A stretch of DNA of 64,000 bases. It comes from Tubiluchus corallicola (lineage: Eukaryota; Animalia; Priapulida). Under the pieces are notes generated by a model. That model saw nothing but the letters and a program-made list of their open reading frames with translations. It had not been told where the DNA came from and ran no database searches. The translations under genes and the position numbers were made by a program. Of the stretch, positions 42,401 to 52,867 are shown one piece after another. The stretch covers positions 248,001 to 312,000 of the forward strand of contig JAQGDQ010000100.1 in the NCBI GenBank assembly GCA_030141605.1, given 5' to 3'. Within the stretch, counting starts at the first letter, position 1. Each line of letters opens with the position of its first letter.

Positions 42401-45400
42401 GATTAAAACTTCCCAAACACACATCTGCGCCGCTCATTTCTAGCAGTAAACTCGTTCGCAATTTCCTTCAGGTCGAGAGCGTCTGTTCTATCCATATGTA
42501 CATGCAAAGTCATGAGATTGTTCAGTCTAGTTTGAGTCATCGTACTCCGCAAATAAGTTTTTACTCTACGCAGGGCTGAGAATGTCTAGGCACGTATGGC
42601 AGAAAAAGTGGTCCGGCCATGGCCGGACCGGCCGGACCGCCGACTACAGCCTTGATTTATGCACTTGTTCAATGTCTGCTATTCAATGCCAGTAAATGTA
42701 GTTTTATGTCTGAGGTTTGCTGATGTACTTTTTGATTTCTGGAAATTATATTTGCAATTATATTCAAGATATGCTGATGCATTTACTTGGTTTCTGCAAT
42801 GTGTGGTTACAACTTCGTTCCAGATTTTATGATGCACTTGCTCATTGTCTGCAGTTGCAACTTATGTCTGAATAGTCAAAATGTAAGTTAGGACTAGTGC
42901 TTTCCAGTACTATCACTAAAACCATTTTTATGCTTTGTAAAATAATTATGCAGGTGAAACATTAGCAAATGCATACAACATTAATGTAAGACCATCAAAC
43001 TGAATGAGTATACTGCCACAACTATCTTTATTAGTCAATGTGAACACAATACCCCGATGTGTAATTCATTTACTGCTAAATGGAAAAGTTAAGTTTCAGC
43101 TTAATCTAATATTGAATACAATTGTATTGTGAAACAGACATGGACATCAATAAGGTGCATCATATTGCAAGCGTATGAACAACATACACACAGGCTAAGG
43201 TAAAATCCAGTGACTAGTTCAGTTTGAGATCGCTGTGGGAGTTTAAACACGTCTTATCTAGTGTATAACTGCTTTTAGTGATTTGTTATTGTTATTATGG
43301 AAATACTGCACAGCAATGAATCTGAAGTACTGTGGAATAATGATACTGTCTTAAATAGAGGAGTTGAAGTGATTTTTCATAGCCTAGCACTATTTATTGA
43401 GCTATCCAATTTACTTGTAATTGTTGCAGTTGTGAAGTATGATCATTTGCACAACTATAGCAATTGGTACATAACCAACTTAGCTGTCGCTGATATGCTA
43501 ACTGGAACCAATCTGCACATACTAACCTACGCATTAAACCATCTTGATGCAAATTTGCCAAAATACGGCTGCTTAGTACTTTACCATACGTCTAGCATAT
43601 TTGGGTTTGAATCACTAGTAACTCTATTAGCCGTTACAGCTGATCGTTTTATCAACATCATGTATCCGCTCAAGTACCCAACAATTATGAAAAAATGGAA
43701 AGTCAATGTCATCATTGGTACATCCTGGATATATTCTATTGGCCTTGCCAGCTTTATATATTTAAGTGACCGTTGGTACTCGACAAGCTTTTGCCGATAT
43801 GAGGTAGTAGTCAGCCAGAATCTGATAGTCTTGGTGTCTAGTCATTTTTTCATTATTGCTGCTGTGCTATTTTTTCTGAACCTGATTATCATGTTAACAG
43901 CAAAAAGACATATGAAACAAATCAATCCAGATGATAGATGTGCACTCAAACATAACATCAAAACTGCAAAGATCATAAGTCTAGTTGTCGGTACATTCAT
44001 TGTTTGCTGGCTACCTTTTAACATTGTTAACATAGTCTTGCTGAAAGTTTCGTACCGAAACGAACTTGTTCATTTGCGTAGAATTGGATACCTCCTTATG
44101 ATGAGCAATTCCTTCATGAATCCAATAATTTATGCTTGGAAGAATAAAGATTTCCGGAAGTATTTCAAAAAAACACTTTGCTGCTATGCAAGTACGGGTG
44201 GTCAAACTATAGTAAGTCAGCATCAGACATCCTCAATTTGAGTAATATAACACCAACATAGTAATATGAAATGTCTGCTCAATTGCACAAGTACTGACTT
44301 AATCGCAAAATATGAAAGAAAAACAATGTAGCTATATGGTAGTATTTATGTATGTATACACTTAAAGGAACCTTGGCTTTGGCTCATTTATGAAATCTTG
44401 CATGTTTATTACCATGCAGCTAGATACCACACAGCAAAATTTCACATAATTAATTTTGCAGAGTATAAAAATGTCCGAACTATGCTTCACTTTGAAATAA
44501 TCCAATATACTTTGTGCCAAAACAGACCTAAATGTGCCAAAACATACCTAAAATTTTCCACTCATATACAAAGAAAATGCACAAAGTTGACCTTCGCTAG
44601 TTTGATTGGTAAATAATAATTTTCACGAAGTTTTTATTCTTTTATTTGGTAAACAAAATTACAATTTTGGCATTCTACCCGAAGAACTAGAAAAGAAGAA
44701 TTTTTGTCCTAGCCTGTTCTAGCTAACTGGTAAGTGCTTAATATTTTTCTAGAAGTTTTTAATCTAACTGCAAAGTGAGATGTAACAATTCTACTTTCTC
44801 ATTAGCTATTTATTAGTATGGTTAAACTGTTGTTAAGAAACAAAACCAGGACAGTTTGTAAATAAGTGCTACTCATAAGTTAATAGCTGCTATAATTATC
44901 TTCAATGCTGATGAAATGAGCAAAAGCTTAGTGATGTGGTACAATAAAAATTCTCAGTATGCTGTAATTGATTACTAATTTCTTAATTAAAAAATACCAT
45001 TAAGATACAAACAAATCATTAAGATCGACTAATTCATAATTACAGTATGCACTGCAGACCAGTTGATTTGAAGCAATGACTTTACGATAAAAATAACAAA
45101 GTGCCAAAGCTATACAATGACAATGTTGGTAGCTATAATTATAACTACCAACAATATAATTGTGTAGCCTTAGCAATTTGCTATTTCTATAATACACAAA
45201 ATTTGAAAATGACCTACCGATTTTGCACCAGCCCGTAATAATGATAAAAAGAGTCGTAAGAAGAGGAATTCGAACATAATCCCACCTCCACGAAGCCACA
45301 TGAATTCCGTGACTCGCTTCGCCATGACCAGTGTTATTTTCAGTTCCACTATGCTCCACACCGTTCCCAATCACAAATGCATCTGTAAATACAATAGTTG

Positions 45401-46765
45401 CTTTTAAAAGGCTTTTATTAGCTATAAAATGAATCAACATTATTATTTGTATTAATAAAAAAGACAGTTCGATTTTTCAGACCACACCTTGTTTTGGCAT
45501 ACAGTTTAAAATATATGTTTGCTACTTATAACAATTACTGCAACTTTTCTGATAATTAAATATTAATTTTGAAACTTAATTAGCAGTCAGCAAGCTCCAG
45601 GAGAGACTCTGCTTTCCAATGGTAGAAACCTTCCATTAGCACCTCGCACTTATTTGAACAAAATGTTTACTTTGAACATCACATAGGGTAAATAAAATCT
45701 GTATTTCTACCAGTACCAGTATTCTCTCTCTCTCTCTCCCTCCCTCCCTCCCTCCGTCCGTCCGTCCACATCCGGCCCCTTTTGATCCCGGGCCTTAGGC
45801 TTCAGCCTATTCAGCCTATAGGGCTATCCGCTACAGTGGTAATCTTTTCTTTTTTTCCTCTGGGTGATTGTCCTCGTACCTGATCATCTGCAACTTTTCC
45901 TCCAGACTTTGACTTGCAATGTTACGCTTTGCCATTTTATTAAAAAGGCAGCGACTTACTGGAATGCAGATTCCTCATAAAATAAGGCAATTTACATGTG
46001 TCACACGTGTAAATACACTGCACTGTTTATTAATTAGTATTCCGATTGTTTTACACGCTTTAGCCAGGGAAAGCACGCATTCATTGTATTGACAAAATTT
46101 CTGCTTGTCCGAGATAAGCGGAACAAATACAATGGGTTTTACGTAAATTGTTCCTCTAAAATACACCAAATTCAGGGATACACCGAGTTTAGCAATTCAA
46201 AAAGCGTTAAGATACATAGAAACAAATCCACCCTACAGAATCTGTATGGAGAAGAATGTATTCCCAAACATGCATAATAAAAATACTCAATGCTACACCA
46301 GAAAGTCACTGTGCAATCAATTATAAGTGTTTTTCTGTATTTGCTGCCACCCATTTGAGGTGGTGCGCATGACATTGTGCGACATTACCGGAGTGCAAAT
46401 AGGGCTGAAACGAGTTTCACACCAGTGGACTAAAGAGTCTTTCTCAGCAAAGAGAGCACGTACAGTAAATCCGAACAAATGCGTTTGATCACAATTATTG
46501 TATTTTTTTGTATTAATATGTGATGTGTAACCGAACTTTATAAACTTTGAAATAAAATGTTAAATCAAATCAAATCAATGTTAAGAATTATCGTCCAGAA
46601 ATATGATTACATATGGTAAAAGTAAATTCAAGCACGGGCACCTTTCTCATTTGGTGAACGACGATCATCAGATGTTAAATGCACATCTCTTTCAGCATGG
46701 CTTTGTCTTATGCACAGAATCACAACCACTAGTATCACCAGGTTAATCACAACTCTGCATCTCAT
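24496..46765 (-). CDS. SLC9A: Sodium/hydrogen exchanger, plasma-membrane NHE (SLC9A1-5-like), ~844 aa, 24 coding exons
   Basis: Phase-consistent GT-AG exons (5'->3'): 46765-46642, 45382-45218, 41782-41737, 41302-41261, 40545-40477, 39708-39599, 38625-38516, 37833-37758, 37511-37441, 37081-36970, 35415-35334, 34725-34630, 34297-34176, 33686-33610, 33177-33052, 31598-31512, 31225-31160, 31036-30930, 29422-29327, 28090-27890, 26906-26857, 26443-26298, 25820-25569, 24597-24496 (TAG). N-terminal signal-like MRCRVVINLVILVVVILC. Motifs: VPESCVLI, FFLYLLPPIVLESGY, IAAVDPVAVLAIF, VFGESLLNDAVTVVLY, AELFHFSGII, YGGLRGAVCFSL and FVQGITIKPLV. Boundaries of the C-terminal tail exons are less certain. Confidence 0.93.
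30191..30534. mobile_element. hAT-type MITE
   Basis: Ends CAATGGTGTAGT ... ACTACGCCACTG form an imperfect CAGTGGCGTAG-type TIR. The flanks TTTGTAAG / TTTGTGAT fit a decayed 8-bp TSD (6/8). Confidence 0.65.
40010..40175 (+). mobile_element. Helentron/DINE-1-like non-autonomous repeat fragment
   Basis: CCACCAAG...ATGTTTTCA...TTTGTTTGTCTGTTTGTTAGCAG...ACCGATT...AAGAATCCATTAAATTTTGGTGCTGAT follows the layout I recall for widespread Helentron-associated interspersed elements. This is recognition from memory, not an alignment. Confidence 0.5.
40700..40742 (+). mobile_element. 5S rRNA-derived SINE head fragment (second copy)
   Basis: AAGTTAAGTAACACTGGCTGGTCAGTAAATGGATGGGTGATCA shares the exact 21-mer AGTAAATGGATGGGTGATCAT with the copy at 4621-4666. 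Confidence 0.6.
41865..41978. repeat. Minisatellite, 29-bp unit x4
   Basis: GCTTGATCATGCAGAGGCCAACAAAGAAG is repeated four times, nearly perfectly. Confidence 0.92.
42246..42654 (-). mobile_element. Internally deleted hAT-superfamily transposon with 5-bp TSD
   Basis: TIRs CAGGGCCGTAGTCGGC / GCCGACTACAGCCTTG match at 14/16. ATTTA lies on both sides (42241-42245, 42655-42659). Minus strand 42585-42403 encodes an intact hAT C-terminal dimerisation segment, TFSALRRVKTYLRSTMTQTRLNNLMTLHVHMDRTDALDLKEIANEFTARNERRRCVFGKF*. Confidence 0.88.
43297..44241 (+). CDS. Intronless class A (rhodopsin-like) GPCR, orphan, GPR119/adenosine/MECA-like; nested antisense in an NHE intron
   Basis: 314-aa ORF with seven hydrophobic segments and class A motifs: SNLLVIVAV (TM1), NLAVADML (TM2), C3.25 and DRF..I.YPLKY (TM3), W4.50, FIVCWLPF (TM6), NSFMNPIIYAW (TM7) and helix 8 NKDFRKYF. 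N-glycosylation sequons NES and NDT lie in the N-terminus. Confidence 0.93.
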   Translation: MEILHSNESEVLWNNDTVLNRGVEVIFHSLALFIELSNLLVIVAVVKYDHLHNYSNWYITNLAVADMLTGTNLHILTYALNHLDANLPKYGCLVLYHTSSIFGFESLVTLLAVTADRFINIMYPLKYPTIMKKWKVNVIIGTSWIYSIGLASFIYLSDRWYSTSFCRYEVVVSQNLIVLVSSHFFIIAAVLFFLNLIIMLTAKRHMKQINPDDRCALKHNIKTAKIISLVVGTFIVCWLPFNIVNIVLLKVSYRNELVHLRRIGYLLMMSNSFMNPIIYAWKNKDFRKYFKKTLCCYASTGGQTIVSQHQTSSI

Positions 46766-48290
46766 TGTTCACCAAAGTATTAGCTAAAATAGTCCTTGTG
46801 TGTAGTGGCTGCAGTTGAAGTGGAAGAAAACTACATCACTTGTACCTAAGAAATAACAACTGCATATGATTAAATACAAAGCAATTATTTATTTATATAA
46901 TATAGAAAAGTACACTGACTAAAAGCTAGACTGTCACACCAATTTAAATAACACATCTCACATCCCATAGGGTGACTAAAATCCCAGCACAAAGCATCAT
47001 ATTATGTCATATTCATGACAATTTTCCTGAAATTGCTATTTGCTCTCCAATGACTGTAGGGTGACAGTACTTCTGATAATAGTAAAATAGCATTAGTGTC
47101 GCTAAGCGAGGATATGGTAATATTTTTCAATTCATTTTCAATTGCTAGTTTCAATCCAATTAGTCCAGTTTGAGCAAAACACTGACGAAAGAGAAAAATA
47201 TGAAAAATATACAAATGCACATTTATTGCAATTGTATTAACGATATCAGGCTGATAATAAAAATATTTTTGTTTCCCTTTAATCACCCGGGTAATTTCTT
47301 TTATCGCACACCAAGTCGGGAATTTTACAATTTTTTTTGTACATTCATACTTACTTGACACAGTTATATAAAAGTGTATTTTTTTAATTTAAAATGTAAA
47401 CTGCAATCACTATTATCGTTGTTTTGGTGAAGGTACAGCCACTTTTATCATATAAAAAAAATTCGTATTTTCCGCCAAGTGTATTAATGACCTAGCAGCG
47501 TTACCGCTTATGCTATAATTATCAGAACAAGTGCATACTCTACAAAAAAGAGACAACACGATAATTGATCATTATACAATAATTTGGTAATGCGAAACAA
47601 AAAAATTAAAAAACAAAGTGTGAAACAATGTACATTGAAAAATTTGAAATGGTACTGCTGACCAGTGGGAAATAAACAAGCTTTGCTTTCAATTGATTTT
47701 AAATGTTTCATGATTCAGCTTTAAACATTCACAAAGATTCTAAAAAATCTTTCTTGTAAAAAATGTTTTCCCTCACTCCCTATTGACATCTTTTGACCAC
47801 ACGAGGTAAGACAGAATCAAATTTTTTACAGCCAGCCTTATTAAAAGTGTATAACATTCATAAATTACATAGGCTCGCAAATTTCAAGACTGCACTCTGC
47901 AGCACCTTATAAAACCACCTGGTTTCGCATCTTCTGCATTACATAATAATGGACAATCTTCGAGTTCCAGCTTGGAAATCACACACTACATGGTACATTC
48001 GGGCTTGCTCAACAAACACACAGCGAGCCAACACAATGTACTGCAGTACAAAACAAGGTGGTACACCAGGTACATACCAAGGTGATAATAAGCGCATGGT
48101 GCCAAGGTACACTGCGACACAGTACACAGCACAGTGACACACAGCGAGGTGGTACACGTAGAGTAAGTACCTCGCCGTGCACTGCAATGTTGTATATAGC
48201 AGTACACAGTGAGACAGCACATAGCACCGTCCTACAAGGTGAAGCAGTACACGGGGATGTCGAGCAAGCACTAGCACTCCACGTAATGTT

Positions 48291-48587
48291 TAGGCAGTGA
48301 CTAGAGGTACAGATCTAGATCCCTAACTGCAGCAACTAAAAATACGGATCCGTGTCTCGAAAGCATTCACTAGAAAATACGGATCGATCCGTACCACAAA
48401 AGCTATTGACGGTCGATGGTCACGTGGTCAAACACTGTATGCCGTAAAAATTGTCAAAATTCGTATGTTTTGTGAATGTCGCAAAAAGCACGTATCCGTA
48501 TTTGTTGCAAAAATAGCTACGAATACGGATCCGTATTCAGTATTGCAGAAAAGACGAGTACGAATCCGTACCTCTAGCCACTGCCTA
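48291..48587. mobile_element. MITE with 24-bp TIRs
   Basis: TAGGCAGTGACTAGAGGTACAGAT (48291-48314) matches the reverse complement of 48564-48587 at 22/24. Subterminal AATACGGATCCG palindromic motifs are repeated. The flanks ATGTT/ACGTT may be a 5-bp TSD with CpG decay. Confidence 0.85.
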
Positions 48588-48879
48588 ACGTTTATGAGTG
48601 GTGGCGCTGTGGCGCAAAAACAGCAGTTTGTTTTTGATTGAGCTCTGACAAAAATCATTAAATTCAAAGTTCTTATGCAAAATCATTAAATTCAAAGTTC
48701 TTATGCAAAATTTAAACGTTTATCTAAGCTTATTATAATTGATTATCATATGATGGAGACACGAGGATCAAAAAACCCCAAAAGAACGCAGTCTGTTGCT
48801 GAGATGAGTGCACAAAACGCTTTCCACTAGGAACAAACAGCTGATACTATGAGAAATACCAACGAAAAATTTACTAACC

Positions 48880-51800
48880 AAATTTATTTACTCATTGATC
48901 ATATTTGGTGGTGAGACCTCACCAACCACGTAACACCTGGAATTTTGTTGCTAGTTTTTCAGTTAAATTTAAAATTTCACATGTAGGGTACTTTGATATT
49001 TTACTACATATAAATTACCAGTTATCGCTGCCTGAAAATTCGGTTTATCAAGTAGCAGATCATCTTACTATATTTGCAATTATGAAGCATACTAAACTGA
49101 AAATGAAATCCAACAAAATCACCACAAGAAATTTTAAAAATTCAACTGAACAAAATTTTTTAAATAACCTGCAGCTAGAATTAGCCAAAATAAATTTTAA
49201 TGACTAGCAAACTAATGAGGGATTTAGCAAATTGAATGAAATACTCTTCAATGTGTTTAATAACCATTTTCCTTTGCAAACGTTGTCTAGGAAAGACACT
49301 AGTACATTTCAAAAACCATGGATCACTAAGGGAATTTTAAATAGTATTAAAACCAGATCACGTTTTTACAAATCACACAAACTCTCAAATAATTTATACA
49401 AACAAATCTACTACAAATCCTACTCTAATAAATTAAATCATGTCAAAGAATCATCAAAAAAGCAATATTACACTGAAACACTGCAAAAACATAAGAGTAA
49501 CATGAAAAAACTTGGGAAACAATAAACAGTATTATAAAACTGATTCAAAAACTGATTTAAAAAATCCTAACCCAAATTCTTTTTCCATTAATCCTATTAC
49601 TGAAAATGAAACATGCACACTTTTAAATACACTTAATTCAAACAAATCACCAGGACCGTAAAATATACCAATTTCTCTTTTTAAATCTGCAAGTCAAATT
49701 ATTTCACCAATACTCACACTACTGTTTAATAAATCGGTTATTACTGGAACTTTTTCAAATATATTAAAAAAGCAAAAGTTATTCCTTTATATATGTTGTG
49801 TTTTGTTTCTCTCCCAAGGCTCGTAGAGAAAACCAGAAAACACGCCGTAAAATAAAACTACTTTATTTAGCGAGAATTCTACTACACAAAAAGATGAAGG
49901 AACGAGAAATGATTATACTAAACGTGAAAATCTGGAAAACGTTTAAGTATATCTGAAAAGGTAAGTATACAAGTATAAGTCTGCGTTAGATCTGCGTGCT
50001 CTGCGTGATCCCCTGACGGCGGCCTGCTTTGCCTTATATAGCGCTGTAGAAACTTCCCGAACAAATGTTCGAAAACAATCTAGAGCGTCAGATAGTAAGG
50101 CGGTCATTCCGACGGAACATTCTACGATGTTCTATGCAATTCTACTTGACGTCAGCGATCTCCACAACAATATAAAACTGGCTCTCCACATGAACCTGGC
50201 AATTACAGACCAATATCTCTCTTATTACCAGTATCAAAAGTTTTTGAGAGGCTAATTTACAAGAGATTATACCAGTTTGTTGTGAAAAGCAATATCCTAA
50301 GTAAATACCAATTTGGTTTCAGAAAAAATTATTCAACTGCCCTTGTTGTATCCGAATTAATAGACACGATCTCTCTAGACACTGACAAAAATTACTGAAT
50401 TGTGGAATATTTTTAAACTTATCAAAAGCTTTTGATACTGTACAGCATATACTAATAGCCAAATTAAACCATTATGGCATCAGAGGTCTACCTTTGCAAC
50501 TAATTCAGTCATATCTAACTAACAGAAAACAATTCATATCTATTAACAATATACCATCGGACTATAAACACATATCGTGTGAAGCGCCACAAGGCTCTAA
50601 TTTAGGACCTCTTCTATTCTTAATTTATATTAATGACCTTCCCACATGCAGCAACTTTCGAACCCGAATATTGCCTATGACACTAATTTGTTCATGTCTG
50701 ACTCCAATATAAATAATCTGTAAAAATCTGTCAATGAAGAAATGAAGGAAATAGACCTATGGATGAGGGCAAACCAGCCATCAATTAACTACAAAAAAAC
50801 AAATTTATGATAATGAACAACAAGCAAATTAACAATGCTAATAATCCAAAATTTCATATTATAATTAACAAACACAAAATTGAAGAAACAGACAACATCA
50901 AATACTTGGGCCTACTCACTGACAGCAAATTAACATGGGAACCACATATAAAACACATAACATACAAATTAAGTCGAATTACCAGAATAATTTTAAAAAT
51001 AAGGCACTACGTTGACCAATATATTCTGAAACTTCTATATAATTCATTAATTTTCCCTTATTTACAGTATACCATCTTAACATGGGGTACGGCTTTTGCA
51101 TCAATTCAAAAATTAATACAGACACAATAAAACAAAATAGAAAAATTAATAACTTTTGCCCACAAATATGATCATGCTAAACCAATGTTCATAAAATTAC
51201 AAATTTTAAAGGTAAGAGATATTTACAATCTGGAGTTGTTCAAATTTATGTATAAATTTAACACTGGTTTATTACCAGAACTTTTTAGTGAATATTTCAC
51301 TAACGTTTCTGATATACATTCCTACTTCACAAGAGCTGCTTCTAATGAACAGTATTTTGTGGAGAGATTTTTTACCCGACACGGTTTCAATAGCTTAAAA
51401 TCACGAGGAGTTAAATAATGGAATTCGTTGCCAAAAGATACCTTTGGCGGTAGCTTATTTTCTGCCTCCAAAAAATACGCGAAAATCTTACTAAATGGAT
51501 ATACCTGTAATACATAACTTGTAAGACTAATAAGCAAGCTAGAAAGTTTTTTTCTTTTTTCTCCTCATCTCCTAAATAATTGTTGTTAATAAGACCCCAT
51601 TTGAAACTACTAAGTACTATATATAATAATCCTAATTACTGAATAATTGTATTGTTTTGTTTAAATTTAGGTATCTAACTTGATTATTTTTTGTTTTCAG
51701 TTCTTTTTTGATAATTTGTATCATTTATACTGTTTTTATTATTTTTTCTTATTTGTTATCTGCAGACTGCAGCATCACCGTTAATTTTTAATATACTAAT

Positions 51801-51935
51801 CTATTTATAAGAAAGGGCAGGAGACTAGATGACCCTATGGTCCTTCCCTGCCCTGCTCCATGATTATAATTACTTAATATTTAAAAAACTTTTGATGTTA
51901 AACCAATTGGAGAAAATAAATGTTCTATGTCTATG
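48880..51935 (+). mobile_element. Decayed CR1/L2-group LINE (endonuclease end + RT + 3' tail)
   Basis: Broken ORF2 blocks: LIDHIW, VADHLTIF, KPWITKGILNSIK, VIPLYKTG..NYRPISLL, QFGFRKNYST, LSKAFDTV, PQGSNLGPLLFLIYINDLP, IKYLG and YNSLIFPYLQY...WG. The 3' UTR has a GC hairpin (~51815-51855), AATAAA and a short TTCTATG/TCTATG tail. Confidence 0.9.
49794..50169 (-). mobile_element. Solo LTR (376 bp, 5-bp TSD; BEL/Pao- or copia-like) inserted in the LINE
   Basis: Termini are TGTTGTG...CACAACA. ATATA is duplicated at 49789-49793 and 50170-50174. Removing the insert and one TSD copy restores the LINE frame ATT CCT TTA TAT AAA ACT GGC (IPLYKTG). The minus strand has TATATAAG (50040-50033) and AATAAA (49867-49862). 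Confidence 0.88.
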
Positions 51936-52582
51936 ATGTAAGCCTATTTTTTCTAAGAAGAAACTTTATTACTAAATTGATCGCAGTGTTCTTATCATAA
52001 ACTTATTGGGCGAAGAAACTTCTTATATGGCTATACGTGATGTAAAACTAAACAAATTTACCACAAGAATATTTTTGAAAACTTTCCCCGAACTATCCAA
52101 CTTTCCATTTTCAGTCTCACAGAAGCTGCAAGCAGTGTGTGCCAGCAAGAACAGATATCCTAACCGAAGGTTCACAGCTTAAACCAAAGTTTCGGAAAGG
52201 GAAGTGACGAACTTTTATGCTGGCGGCATCGAACGGCGAATGATTAAAAACTTTTGAGTCGGGCATTGACTGTAATAATAATATTCTTAACTACACCAGT
52301 AGTTTTGGCATACGTGCAATTTTGATAAGCCAAAAACACTTTTGCGTTTTAATAAAATAAGAATATCTCAAATAAAAGCTTTATTAGTTTTATAAAACTA
52401 AAAACACATTATGAAAAGGAAAAACAGTTGTAGCAATAAGTTTGTATTATGTACTTGCAAATACTTGGAAATTTTATTGTTTTTCCTGAGGAAAGAGGCT
52501 AGCTGACTGTGTGATAGGCTGCCTACTATGTAAAAAAGTAATGCATTTTTATTGATTTTTCTCTCCCTCCATTTCTTAGAGG

Positions 52583-52867
<285 letters not shown>

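Noticed and set aside
48651-48710. 28-bp tandem duplication
   Set aside because: Simple two-copy slippage duplication with no further structure.
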